Part shown: positions 39,656 through 53,410 of the stretch, piece by piece | How the letters are laid out: the number at the start of each line of letters is the position of its first letter | Numbering within the stretch: the first letter of the stretch is position 1 | From: Octopus bimaculoides | Lineage: Eukaryota | NCBI RefSeq assembly: GCF_001194135.2 | Contig: NC_068998.1 | Span: 7,347,620-7,411,257, forward strand | Reading direction: 5' to 3' | Length of the DNA stretch: 63,638 nt | Notes under the pieces: generated by a model | What the model was told of the DNA's origin: nothing | Seen by the model: the letters and a program-made list of their open reading frames with translations, nothing else | Database searches by the model: none | Position numbers and translations under genes: made by a program

Positions 39656-39850
39656 TAACCCTTTAACCTTTAACCCTGCCATATCTTGCCCAAATAGTCT
39701 ACCTTGTTTTGTGTTGAAACTGTCCAGATTTAAGCCCTTCAAACATACTCTACAATGTCTTTCTGAAAACGGATAATCACATCTTCAAAACCTCGAAGCT
39801 ACAAGATAATACATAATCAATTGAAAACAATATTAACAAAGAAGCATTAC
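39656..39850 (-). mobile_element. piggyBac-like MITE family, diverged copy
   Basis: TTAACCCTTT terminus; internal match to 46680-46910 and 50000-50340. Confidence 0.6.
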
Positions 39851-40984
39851 ATCATCATTATCAACATTGTTCATTGCTCGCCTTTCATGCGGGCATGGGT
39901 TGGACAGTTCGACAGGAGCCGACAAAATATGACAGAAGCAACAAAATGCTATAGGGTTAATATTTCAGCTTCACTCTGCTGCTATTCGGTATTTGCTCCT
40001 TATTAATGTTTGCCTTGACTACCATGATATTAGAGAACTTTTAAGTGCAACAGACTAAAGCTTCAACTTCAAATAAGCAAATAACCTCCATTACGTGTGT
40101 GAATACTTTCTTTTCACTAGTTTTTACACTAACCCACCCCATGTGTATGCACATATGTGTATATACAAGCATATATGTACGTACGTATGTATGTATGTAT
40201 GTATGTATGTTCACACGTATGTACATATGTATGTATTTATGAATATAATTACTAAATATTTATTCACAAAATACCATGTATGAAAAAAACCTAAAATTTA
40301 TTTTTTAATATTAGTAAAGCTTACTTTATCAGTAATGTACTGTACTTGTACATTATTGGCAAAGTAAATATTAACACATTTAGTTGTAGAATATCATATT
40401 ATAGTGACACATCGCTAATATTCAATAAACAGCAACATCAGCAGAAAATATGTGCTAATTGCAATAAAGTTAACAGTACATTTCTTTCACCAATAACTAT
40501 CTTAACCCATTATCTCTTTCAAGATATACACAATGTAGTGAACATTTTAAGTCAGAGTTTACTGAGATGTTGATTAAAGGTATAATCCTAAGAACCTATC
40601 AGACATTACACCTGTGGTTCCCAGCCTGGGATCCTTGGATCCCTCGTAGTTTGCAAAGGTAGTACTGGAGGTCTGTGAACTAAATTCAAATTTTAATATG
40701 GGCGCAGGAGTGGCTGTGTAGTAAGTAGCTTGCTTACCAACTAGATGGTTCTCGGTTCAGTTTTCTCCATTTTCTGATTATTTGCATTGGTTCCTGATAA
40801 ACTCTTCTTTATCCTGTTTGTTACTTGTACTCTATGTGCATGGTGTACTTGCACACCAGTGCCAGTTGATAATATAGGTTACGGCTACTGACAGTATATA
40901 TGGCTATTTCATCCCTTAGTTGGTTATCATAACTGCATAACCGCTAACTCTGTTTACACTATATATATATATATATAGTTATAT

Positions 40985-41150
40985 GTACTCTTTTACTTGC
41001 TTCAGTCATTTGACTGCGGCCTTGCTGGTACACCACCTTTAGTTGAGCAAATCGACTCCAGGACTTATTCTTTGTAAGTCTAGCACTTATTCTATCGGGG
41101 ATGCAAACACACCTTCATCGGTGTTGGGGGGGACAAACACAGACACACAA

Positions 41151-41182
<32 letters not shown>

Positions 41183-41345
41183 GACGGCCGTCTTTCAGTT
41201 TCTGTCGTACAAATCCACTCACAAGTCTTTGGTCGGCCCTAGGCTATAGTAGAAGACACTTGCCCAAAGTGCCACGCAGTGGCACTGAACCCAGAACCAT
41301 GTGATTGGCAAGCAAGCTACTTACCACACACTACTCCTGCGCCTA
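40985..41345 (-). mobile_element. SINE family A
   Basis: Match to 23825-24203. Confidence 0.85.
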
Positions 41346-41424
41346 TATTATGTATATATANNNNNNNNNNNNNNNNNNNNNNNNNNNNNNNNNNNNNNNN
41401 NNNNNNNNNNNNNNNNNNNNNNNN

Positions 41425-41477
<53 letters not shown>

Positions 41478-41992
41478 GGTAGGTAGTCAGACACACACAC
41501 ACAACCAGACAGATACATACACACAGAGAGACAGACACGCGCATATACAAAGAGAAAGCAACACATTTCAAGTAGCAAGTATCAAAATAATCAATAAAAG
41601 TGCCTGTCTGCTATGAGGAATTTCTGCTAAATCAAAGCACAAATGTGATTCGTTGTCTTTGCCACAAACAGAAAAAGAAAAATAGATGAGATTTATTTCA
41701 TTTCAAAATCATGAGTAAAGGAAGAATGTATCTATAAAATTACTTTTTTATTTTATATATTATATGACTCGCTCATTATCTCTCCTGATTGCTAATTCCT
41801 TATCAACAAGGTGACTTGATGAAATTTTAGCGTAAGAGTAACTGTGTATGTATAGATAAGTAAGTGTGTGAACATCTATAATTTGTATATTTTGTTTAAT
41901 TACAACAGACAAGCTAAATAGATTTACTAATGGAGGGAAGGAATCAAGAAAACGTAAGTAAAAGACTGAATATGTTTCCATGGTAGGTGTAT

Positions 41993-42107
<115 letters not shown>

Positions 42108-42122
42108 GTAATGGTAATAGTC

Positions 42123-42159
<37 letters not shown>

Positions 42160-42161
<2 letters not shown>

Positions 42162-42360
42162 GTTCATGGAACAAATAGGGGCTGCAATAAGGGTGGAGCA
42201 CTAGCAGAAAATAGCACTGCTTGGAACTGCTTGAATACCCCGGAAGGTGCTCGAAAAATAAGGGGTGTTATCTTAGTTCCCTGGTAGTGAACAACTGACA
42301 CTCTAGTATATCTCCAGCGTTAGAAGCTGTGCAAAGGCAATGATAATAATAATAATAACA
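42160..42360 (+). mobile_element. R4/Dong-like non-LTR 3' end
   Basis: MEQIGAAIRVEH*QKIALLGTA*IPRKVLEK* then (TAA)n; same QKIALLGTA motif as the 15 kb copy. Confidence 0.65.
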
Positions 42361-43240
42361 ATCTTTTGTAGTAAAGGCCGAAGGCCTGAGATTTGAGGGG
42401 AGGGGAGTAGTTGATTACATCGATGCCAGTGTTTCACTACTACTTATTTTATCGAACCCAAAAGGACAACCGATGCTGGTGTGTTTACATCCCTGTAATT
42501 TAGCGGTTCGGTAAAGAAGACCAATAGAATAAGTACTAGGCTTACAAGGAATAAGTCCTGGGGTCGATTTGCTCGACTAAAGGCAGTGCTCCAGCATGGC
42601 CACAGTCAAAAGACTGAAACATGTAAAAGAGTAAAAGAGTAAGCAATTTATTGTACATGAATTTTAACAGCAAAATCTGATAGGGACCCTGGCTGAGAAC
42701 TGTACACACAAAATTCTGTGTACATATATATTCACATACATTTGCTATCTTGAAGACACAACTGTGTTTAAGTTTAGTTTTTTTTTATTAAATGCAATAT
42801 TTCTTTCAAATGTAATGGATTTTCAAAGATATTATTTTAAAGCATATTTACCAAGATGCAATTCGAAATTCCCGCCACTTACATAGAGAAATAGCGATGA
42901 ACAGTCTTCTATATACTATATTGGATACAGGATGCTCGTTTGGTATGTTGATTCTCTGTTTACTACTATTTTTCTTGACCATATTATACTGACAAGTAGA
43001 GGTTGTATAATACTACAATAACTACGAAATCATGATCTATAATTTAGACTGTTTTTAAGGGGTTGGCTTAGAGAGTTGCATTTCCTCGCGTTGGGTAAAA
43101 ATGTGCTTTTTATGGTAGTCTGACCTTAGAGTCTCTCATAGCGTGAGGCATTATTGTATAGTAATGCTCTTATATAAATATAAATATATATATAATATAC
43201 ACACATACCTATAAACATACATATACGCACACACACACAC

Positions 43241-43277
<37 letters not shown>

Positions 43278-43707
43278 TAAATTGATGCATAAATACACAT
43301 GCATGCAGGCACACAAACATGTCTATATTCATATATGTTTGTGTGCATGTGTTCCAAGAAACAAGCTGAAGAAAACCACTACTAGATATTCATAATACAG
43401 ACGATTTCAAATTTTCTCTATATCAGCAGCATATATTATGATGTAAGCTTCAGATATTGAAATTCTGTCAAGTGATAAATAATAAATAATGAAATGAATG
43501 CATTCATTATATATAAATTCAAATTTAAACTACAAAGTATATTGTCGAAGGTTTAATAAAATAAATATTGGAAATTATATTTAGTCATTAATGTATAATG
43601 TTTGGATGGTAGGTATTGTAAATGAATAAATTCAAATAAGCATAGTAATAAACGAGGACTGGGGTGCCTCGTTATATAGTATATATACAACCACAGATAT
43701 AGCTTTC

Positions 43708-43747
<40 letters not shown>

Positions 43748-44559
43748 NNNNNNNNNNNNNNNNNNNNNNNNNNNNNNNNNNNNNNNNNNNNNNNNNNNNN
43801 NNNNNNNNNNNNNNNNNNNNNNNNNNNNNNNNNNNNNNNNNNNNNNNNNNNNNNNNNNNNNNNNNNNNNNNNNNNNNNNNNNNNNNNNNNNNNNNNNNNN
43901 NNNNNNNNNNNNNNNNNNNNNNNNNNNNNNNNNNNNNNNNNNNNNNNNNNNNNNNNNNNNNNNNNNNNNNNNNNNNNNNNNNNNNNNNNNNNNNNNNNNN
44001 NNNNNNNNNNNNNNNNNNNNNNNNNNNNNNNNNNNNNNNNNNNNNNNNNNNNNNNNNNNNNNNNNNNNNNNNNNNNNNNNNNNNNNNNNNNNNNNNNNNN
44101 NNNNNNNNNNNNNNNNNNNNNNNNNNNNNNNNNNNNNNNNNNNNNNNNNNNNNNNNNNNNNNNNNNNNNNNNNNNNNNNNNNNNNNNNNNNNNNNNNNNN
44201 NNNNNNNNNNNNNNNNNNNNNNNNNNNNNNNNNNNNNNNNNNNNNNNNNNNNNNNNNNNNNNNNNNNNNNNNNNNNNNNNNNNNNNNNNNNNNNNNNNNN
44301 NNNNNNNNNNNNNNNNNNNNNNNNNNNNNNNNNNNNNNNNNNNNNNNNNNNNNNNNNNNNNNNNNNNNNNNNNNNNNNNNNNNNNNNNNNNNNNNNNNNN
44401 NNNNNNNNNNNNNNNNNNNNNNNNNNNNNNNNNNNNNNNNNNNNNNNNNNNNNNNNNNNNNNNNNNNNNNNNNNNNNNNNNNNNNNNCCCCCCCCCCCGA
44501 CAAATATGTGTAACACGTATATGCACACATACTAATAAACTCAATAGCAATGAATAATA

Positions 44560-45650
44560 TTACCTGAAATTATAAGAAGACTGGCTTATATACACTCCTA
44601 CATAACTCCATACATATAGAAGTAAAAAAATATTACCAATGAAATTAGAAGAAGCTAACAGAACAGAAACATAAGCCAAAAGGAAAGTATTTATCACACA
44701 CAAAGATCAGAAACATTTTAACAGTAACCACAAATGTAGACTTACAAACCTAAATAAAGAAGTGTATGTAATCAGTTAGAAAACAATTAGCAAAATAAAC
44801 TATAATTTATAGAAGGCGACTAGCCTCCAGCAATAGAAAATAGTTAACTGGTCTGGCAACATTAGAGATAAGAATAAAAAGATTTCTCCCAATTTGAGAC
44901 AATAAACTTTTGCCTTTACTTTTAGAAAATGCTACAAATGAAAACCCTTGAGTTAGCAAGGAACTTCCCGCAAATGAGGTAACAGAAACATGGTAGAAAG
45001 AATTCACTTTTTGAGAAGGACTCCATCTATCATACTTTGAAAATTAGATTAAGTTGATTCATTTGACATTAGCATGGGAGTATGGATGCATACAAAAGTA
45101 TATAATTATGTGCTGTTGTAAGGTATATAATTAATAAACTAAGGAAAAATTCATAAATATAAACTCTTGGTTAGATAAAAATGATGGACTATCAATATCT
45201 AAAGACAAAAATGGGTAGATTCAAAGACCTAATACAGATGTTAAATAGCTTTGAATTAAAAGTAACTATCATGATCAATGATACCTGAATAAGTTACTAG
45301 AACATCTTCCCAAACTTAGAAGCTAATGCTTATAAACCTTTTAGAAAGCCCAATAAAAAGTTAAATTACATATACAAATGTCCTTGCCACCTGCCAATGG
45401 TGCTTCAAAAACCTATAAATTCACTCTCTCTGTTGTTAAGGAAATATTTGATAAAGTTGCACCCTATTACAGAACAGCTGTAAAAGCTTGCTTTTTAACT
45501 ATAAAAGACAAACACTTCCCCTTAAAGCACAGATACAGAAAATTATTTAGATATAAGCCCTAAAACCACTTAGAGTGCAACAACCAGCTTTGAAGTCACA
45601 TGCAATTGAAGATATCCAATAACATTCGCATTAAATATGTCAAGAAGTGT
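44560..45650 (+). mobile_element. Penelope-like element (PLE) reverse transcriptase relic
   Basis: Motif series FDISMG (45062), LCAVVRYIINKL, DKNDGLSI, YKPFRKPN (45331), KEIFDKVAPYY (45438). These match PLE RT motifs FDVTMGS.DGAE.CELVGL.IL / YRDDGL / YKPY.KPN / IF.K.APYY; many stops. Confidence 0.7.
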
Positions 45651-46679
45651 GCCAGCCTTTTTATACATAGATATGTCCCTTACTGAGGTGCCAAATGGTT
45701 GAAATCATTGTCTTCATGGATCATCAACGAACAAATGGAACTTAAGACATCTGTTTTCTTCTTTATTTCTCCCTTTCTACAATTGCTAGGTTATCATCAA
45801 ATTTGACTGGCAAACCACACACACACATACATATTTATATATGTGTGTGTGTGTGTGTGTGAAGAGGAGGGGAAAAGAAAGATAAATATTTTGTTTGAAT
45901 TTGAGGTGAAGAATTATTATTTACACATATATATTATCTTCAGCTTGATTGCAATAATCACTTCCTCGGTGGTGGCAAACATACTCATTGAATACACTAA
46001 GAATATGTGTGTGTGTGATATTCTTGAGAAAATATACCCCCACCTTCCAGCATCTGACAATAGGGTAATTGAAGTCTCACAAATGGAAAACATTAGTATG
46101 AAGACACAGTTTGACTAATACAACTAGTTTTACACGATTCTCCTCTACCATGGTTTTAGGCAAATGGTAGACGATATACTGAATACATCACTAAATTGTA
46201 AAGATTTTTACATCCCCTTGTATACAATGAAGCATCTTTCATGGCAACTCCATAATGGTTTCTTTCCAGTATATACTCTTTCTTCCTTGAGCCACTCTAT
46301 ATTTGCATCAAATACCTCCAGCACTTGATATATTATCCAACTAATAGATAATACATAGTTTCAGTAAGATCTCTGAGCAGTTGGTTTTGAAGTTCATAGA
46401 AGTTGTTACAAATATTTTATTGCTTCTATTTCCTCAAATATCCCTGGGCCTCTCTATCCTGTTTATATGGATTCAATTATAAACAGTATTTATTCCAAGG
46501 ATATCAGTTTGTACATGTCATTTATAATTGATGGCTGGTACAGACAATAAGAGCCTCTCTGTGGTTGTTTACTTGCTAGAAATAGCAACCAATTCTTCAA
46601 ATTCACACCGCTATCTTAAGAAAACTACAAATAAAAATAAAACATAGGATAGATATAAACTGATTGATTAAGTTCAGCA

Positions 46680-46910
46680 TTGACCTTTTAGCATTTAAAA
46701 TGTCTATATCTGGCCAAGACCTTCTTGCTGTTTTATGTTCAGACCAGCTATATCTGGACTCTCACACCTACCCTACAATGTCATTTTAAAAATAAACAAT
46801 CACATCATCAAAATCTCAAAGTTAAGGGTTAATACATAATTAACTCAAAACAATTTGAATAAATAAGCATTACATTTGATCTAATAATCTGAATGTTGAA
46901 AGGTGTCAAA
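46680..46910 (-). mobile_element. piggyBac-like MITE family copy
   Basis: CCTTTTAGCATTTAAA...CTCTCACACCTACCCTACAATGTCATTTT...GCATTACATTTGA; reverse complement of the 50 kb copy. Confidence 0.65.
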
Positions 46911-47410
46911 CAAACCTACAAGTAGATCAACACCACCAATATGGTTAGTGCTATTGTTTTATGTTGGTACACCTGCCTCAGTGTTTTGCTTAAGAAGAAA
47001 TATGGCTTAGTACTTAGGGTATTGGACTCATGATTGTAAGATTGTGGTTTCTTTCAGTCTTCACAAACCAGTTCCAGTCATAAGATATTGGCTAGCACAG
47101 AGTTACAGAAGAAAATACTTGTCTGTGGTGCAGTGGAATGGAACTGAACCTAAGACTTAGATGGTTGAGAAATGAAATTTTTAACCACACAAGCACACAC
47201 ATGCCAGTAATTTTCTAAATTCACCATTCTGCTTGTTCTGCAAGTGTCTTTTTTATTTTTCAATTTACTTCATAAGCATTAGCAAGAATTACTGTTTCAC
47301 TGATATCCATTTGTTATTTCATGCTGGCATTTAATTAATTACTAAGTACTATCTCGTATAATGACTACACATTGCAATCAGACAGAGATTGATTAACTAA
47401 CTACACACAC

Positions 47411-47475
<65 letters not shown>

Positions 47476-48579
47476 CNNNNNNNNNNCACACACACACAAA
47501 CACACACACACACACAAACATGACAATTATCCACTAATTGAGCTAATGAGAGAGCATCTCTTCAGACACCTGATTTGCTAGAAATAACAGTGAAATTTCC
47601 CTAAAATTACAACTTCAAAACGAAAGAGTACCAAACAATCAAATTCTAGATATAAAAAGCTGGAATATTTGCTCAGGTCTACTGGTTTGGACGCTGACCT
47701 GTTGCTAAACAATACCTCCAAGAAAAAATGTCAGATTTTATCTACTATATCTGAAAAAAAAAAAAAAAATGAAGGGGATGGTCATGTATAGAGCCTTTAA
47801 TAATTAGTATTGCTTAATCGGAGCTGACCTGTGGTTTAACAACATTTACAAAGAATGTTAGGTTTTATATACTATATCTTAAAAAGAAAATGGGTGATCA
47901 AAGCCAGAGGTCTTATAGAATTTGAACTGATCTTTGGCTGAGCCACAACATTTACATTCCTAAACGATTTTTCATCTTTTGTTGTACAAAATTACTACCA
48001 TTTATGTGACATTTTTACGTCCCTACATATTGATCTATAAAATGTCATATGTTTAACTCTTCTACGATTCTTATGGACATTAATTGATTAGTTTAAGTGT
48101 GTAGTATCTCTGCCTGTACAATATTTTGTCATTAATCACTGATATTATATAAGAAAATTATATATACCTATATATATAGGTGTGTGTATGTTTGTGGTGC
48201 ACAAGTTTATCATTATCAATTAAGATAATGCAATTTCTTAATGAGTATTATAAAAGTTGTAAAACTGAACTTGACAAGTTTCTCATTAATGGCTAAATTG
48301 CAACAATTTAATGGCATTTTTCTAGAGTTAATAACACACACACAATTTTGCGTTAATCACATACATCACACAAAGTCTATTGTATTAACTACATGTGTAG
48401 TTCATTGTATTATCTTTGCGCTATGTCTAAGGTTAATCACTCTGATTTTCAGTTTAACCATTTTCTAGTAATAATACATTGGCCAGTATACTTCAATTAA
48501 TTTGAAAAATAATTTAGAATTTAGAGGGGTTTTGGACAAATAACTATTTTTCCTGAGGTGCCATATAGGGGGATTGCAA

Positions 48580-49010
48580 CTGGCACCCCTGCCAGCATCA
48601 CGTAAAAAGCACCATTCAAGCATTAGGCCTCACAGAGGCAAGGTGGCTGATGCCGGTGGCACATGAAAAGCACCTTTCAAGTGTTGGACCTCACAGAAAC
48701 AATGTTGAATGACCGAGACCTTTGGCATTACGCTGTGCTTGAGAAGAAGAACCATCAAGCCAAGTCAAAACGCAGTTGTGGCAGATACTGGTGTCCCACA
48801 AATGGCACCCATGCTGGTGGCACATAGAAGCACTCATTACACTGTCGGGCTGGTTGACATTAGGAAGGGCATCCAGCAGTAGAGGCCATGCCAAATCAAA
48901 CTGCAGTCTAGTGCAGCCTTCCAGCTTTCCTGCCCTGGTCAAACCGTCCAACCTATGCCAGCATGGACAACGGATGCTAAATGATAATGATGATGATGAT
49001 GATGATGATG
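48580..49010 (+). mobile_element. RTE LINE 3' end/UTR with repeated GGCAC(G/A)T(A/G)AAAAGCAC units and (GAT)n tail
   Basis: Includes GCCTCACAGAGGCA / GACCGAGACCTTTGGCATTACGCTGTGCTTGAGAAG (end of ORF2) and the shared tail. Confidence 0.8.
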
Positions 49011-49236
49011 ATATATTATGTATATGTATGTGTATGTGCATGTGTGCGTGCGAGAGTGTGTGTGTGTGTGTATATGTATGGCAGACTTCTTTCAGACTCC
49101 ATCTATTAAATCCACTCACAAGGCCTTGGTTGACCTGGGACTATAATGAGGTGCACAATAGGACCGAAAGTACGTGTGCTGCAGTGTTCAGGCAAATATG
49201 CACCCTCTCGAGATATGCACCAAAACACACACACAA

Positions 49237-49465
49237 GGCAGCGAGCTGGCAGAAACGTTAGCACGCCAGGCGAAATGCTTAGCGGTATTTCGTCTGCTGC
49301 TACATTCTGAGTTCAAATTCCGCCGAGGTCGACTTTGCCTTTCATCCTTTCGGGGTCGATTAAATAAGTACCAGTTACGCACTGGGGTTGATGTAATCGA
49401 CTTAATCCGTTTTTCTGTCCTTGTTTGTCCCCTCTGTGTGTAGCCCCTTGTGGGTAGTAAAGAAA
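49237..49465 (+). mobile_element. SINE family B, young copy
   Basis: CpG-rich, intact head GGCAGCGAGCTGGCAGAAACGTTAGC and B-box GAGTTCAAATTCC. Confidence 0.9.
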
Positions 49466-49999
49466 TAACACACACACACACACACTTGAGTTTCCATTTA
49501 TCGTTCCTGTCTCTAATTCAACTCCCAGCTTATTGATTTGCCCGAGGAATAGAAATCCATGGACCAAGGCACAATACAGAAAGAGATGGAACACAAAACC
49601 AAGTGGTATGATAATGAACTCCATCGCCAAGCAACCACACCAGCATTTATATCTCAAAATATTGAATTTTCAGAATAATCTAGTAATATCTGAGTAACGT
49701 GTTTATGGTCAACATTTCATATTTTTATGGACGGTCATAAAACAATTCATATAAAACATTTCATAATGTAATTAATGTTTACAAATGTAATGAACTTCAA
49801 ATAATAGCATTACAGAGTAATTATTTCCTCTTGCTATATAACAAAACACGACCAAATTTACAGTTTATAGATAAATATAGAATAGCATGCCTACCACAAT
49901 GATTTTCATCTATTCACAAGAGCTAGTTAGCTGATGATAAATCTATTACTGCTGCCCCACCTGGGACTGTCCTTGGTTCTGTGAAAGAAGTTTCCATTT

Positions 50000-50340
50000 T
50001 TAACCCTTTAGCATTCGTATTACTTTGTCAAATGTAATATGTGTTTATTCACCCGCCGAGATTGACTTTGTCTTTCATTCTTTTAGGGTCGATAAATTAA
50101 GTACCAGGTGTGTACTGGGGTTGATGTAATCGACTGGACCCTCCTTAAAAATTTCGGACCTTGTGCCTAGAGTTCAAAAGAATATGTTTATTCACATAGT
50201 TTCGAATTAACCGTGTATTAATTTGTAGCTTTGAGATTTCGATGATGTGACTGTTTTAATTTTAGAAGGACATTGTAGGGTTGGTGTGAGAGGCTGAATT
50301 GGCTCTTTTGATCGTAGAACAAGTAGCATATTTGCCCCAC
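50000..50340 (+). mobile_element. piggyBac-like MITE interrupted by a 5'-truncated SINE B (TSD TGTTTATTCAC)
   Basis: TTAA-CCCTTTAGCATT terminus; TGTTTATTCAC flanks the SINE fragment at about 50043 and 50185. Confidence 0.75.
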
Positions 50341-50608
50341 CCATAATCTTAGCTCTCTGAAATTTGCCCATCCATAATCTTACCTCTCTGGAATGTGACC
50401 AGCCATGTTTTACCTGCTCCTCACTAACTGTCCGTGCTTGTCCTGCGGCTGTTTAAATGGAACATCAACCATGTTGATCTTACCCAGTCTGAAACGAACT
50501 GCAAAATCCAGGATACGAAGCGGCCCCTTCTACCAGGACAAATCATTACAAAAGAGGAATAAAATAATCCCCATTTCTCTCTCCCTCTCTCTCTCTATAT
50601 ATATATAT

Positions 50609-51000
50609 GGAGGTGCAATGGCCCAGTGGTTAGGGCAGCGGACTCGCGGTCATAGGATCGTTGTTTCGATTCCCAGACCGGGCGTTGTGAGTGTTTATTG
50701 AGCGAAAACACCTAAAGCTCCATGAGGCTCCAGCAGGGGATGGTGGCGAGCCCTGCTGTATTCTTCCACCACAACTTTCTCTCACTCTTTCTTCCTGTTT
50801 CTGTTGTGCCTGTAATTCAAAGGGTCAGCCTTGTCACACTGTGTCACGCTGAATATCCCCGAGAACTATGTTAAGGGTACACGTGTCTGTGGAGTGCTCA
50901 GCCACTTGCACGTTAATTTCACGAGCAGGCTGTTCCGTTGATCGGACCAACTGGAACCCTCGATGTCATAAGCGACGGAGTGCCAACAACAACAACAACA
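50609..51000 (+). mobile_element. tRNA-derived SINE family C, full-length young copy with (CAA)n tail
   Basis: A-box TGGCCCAGTGG, B-box GTTTCGATTCCC; partial reverse copy at 59395-59660 and a related head at 54555-54865. Confidence 0.9.
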
Positions 51001-51280
51001 TATATATATATATATATACTGCAGTTATTAACTGACAATCACTAACTAATAGAACATTTGTGACACCATTCAGCTGAAATTTATCCACTGATCAAGTTCG
51101 TTCATATTTATTCATTACAATAACAACATCAATAGCAACAAGTTAGAAACGGAATCTATTGTTTAAATCAAACTTACAGTAAAAATCAAATTTAATATGA
51201 AAATATCAGAGAAAATGAAACTCTTTAATGTTTGGTCCTAATCAAATGAATCATAAAACTGTTTGAACCGTTTTATCTAG

Positions 51281-51487
51281 CAATGGTAAAAATTTGTTTG
51301 AATTGGTTTATCCAGGAATGGTAAAAGAAAAATGTATGAAAAAACATTTTTTTCCTAACATTTCTATTGAAGAAAACAAAACTAATAATAATTCAACAAT
51401 AATGTCCCAGATCAAAGGAATCACAAATTCTACTAAACAGTGCAACATTTCACATTATGTTAAAATACAAACTGTATTCTTCAATTG
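51281..51487 (+). CDS. Candidate internal coding exon (207 nt, phase 2-2), product unknown
   Basis: Acceptor ttttatctag, donor TG|gtgagg, frame open throughout: NGKNLFELVYPGMVKEKCMKKHFFPNISIEENKTNNNSTIMSQIKGITNSTKQCNISHYVKIQTVFFN. No partner exons identified. Confidence 0.35.
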
Positions 51488-51810
51488 GTGAGGCATTTAA
51501 AATTTTATCATTGGGGAAGTTTTTGTTCAGATTTGTGTTTAAAAAAACAAAAAACGATAAGAAAAGAAAATTCAAATTCAATTTTTATCTTATTTCTATG
51601 TTTCTATTCTATACCTTATCATCATCATCATCATCATCATCGTCATCATCGTTATTATTATTATTAGTATTATTGTCATCAATGTGAGAAGTGTGAAGGA
51701 TTTTAAGGAAAATATGTGCTCTAATTGATTAGCAATTATGCTGCAAGGAATACTTCAGAAAATTGAGGAGACAGTAACAAAATACTCAACAAACTGAACA
51801 AAAAAGTTTA

Positions 51811-51851
<41 letters not shown>

Positions 51852-52589
51852 CATTTGCTAAAATTGCATTCATTACTATCACTGTAAAAAAAAAATGCCA
51901 AAAAAAAAAATACACACAAGAAAGTTCTTGTTTTATGACAAGTGGTTCACTGAAAGTAAGGATTTTGAATTAAAGCTAATCAAAAAGTAAAATAATGAAT
52001 TTTTATTTTTCAAATAAAACCACTTTAGCAGTATTTGAATAGCTAACAGCAGAGATTTTGGACATTTGTATATTTTCCATTGCATTAGCTAATATTTAAA
52101 TTTTTTAGAATTTATTTATTTATTTGTATTAGAAACAATTGAAAACAACTCTAATATTTGATTTTAGGAGACAGAATTGTCTGGTAACTTTGTGAAATGT
52201 AATAAACAAGCTCTACAGAAAATTGAGTCATATGCTAATAATTCTTTGAAATGCTTCAAGCTTGCATTCAATTCTAACTTACAAGGTTTTGAGTGTATGA
52301 CAAAAAAAAAAAAAAATTTAAATGATATACTGGTACCGAAATTCTGTTATTAAAAAAAATTAGGAAACTTAGTTATAAATTATGAAACAGATTATGTGCA
52401 AAGATTATTTAAATAATGGAATCATACAGAAAAGGTTTCAAAGAGAAAAAGTTTCTTTTAATTCTGCCTTTTCAGCAACCATTTTGTATTTTCACAAGAT
52501 TCATTTTATTGGTAACATTAGTGGATAATTTGTAATGCAAAAATGTGGGGTTTGAAAATGCGAAGTACAAGGTGAATTACAGAGTACAG

Positions 52590-53410
52590 AGGCTTTCAGA
52601 TTTTTTAAGAAGAGATATTTATTATTTACTAAATAGGATACTCTGGTTTCAATGCAGTTACTATAACACTCCAGTCACTTCATGAAGGTCCCCTAGAAGT
52701 CCTCCAAAATGGTGTCGAAGACCCTGGTCACAGCCTTCTTCATCTTCCAAATTACTGTTTTTGAGGTTCTCCATCAGCTCGTAGAACAACCAGAAGTCAC
52801 AGGGAGCAAGGTCTTGACTATACGAAGGATGAAGGACAGTCTTGATGCCCATATCTGTCAAATACTTGTTTTCCAGGATTCTCACTGAGTACCCTGGGAA
52901 ATTGCATACTTAATGTCTTTACAGATAATTTCTTTACAGGTCTTCATCCAGAAAATTGCAACTTTTCTTAACTAGTTCTATATTCAAAATATCCACAATG
53001 AGAATGACGAATATCAAACCACAGAAAGGGTTTATATGAGATACCTTCTAGAAGCTTTGAGAATTTTTTAGGAGAGGCGGTTATGATGCGAAAGATTATT
53101 ATGATTTTACTATAGATCTAATAAGCTGACCTGCTCAAGTTCTCCTTGATTGTGTTGAGAACGATGTAAACTTTTTGGAAACATTGTGTAGGCCTCGACT
53201 TTCTCTGTCATGGTCAATGCAATGATCACATGCTACACACCTTCCTTCCAAGCACTGCTATAAACAGCAGAAGTAAGCTAGAACGCTAAAACTTAGTGTG
53301 CATGCAGAGCAAAGGTTGCGGTCTATCTGTGTCAAGTGGCCTCACTCTGTGTGCTTTAGCTTCGTTACTATAGCAACAGTTCGGATACTTATTGACCAGA
53401 CCATGTGTAT
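52590..53410 (-). mobile_element. Internally deleted mariner element
   Basis: C-terminal DMGIKTVLHPSYSQDLAPCDFWLF matches the mariner HPPYSPDLAPCDFWLF motif; N-terminal MTEKVE near 53212; TIR-like GGATACTTATTGACCAGACC at about 53383-53402. Confidence 0.8.
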
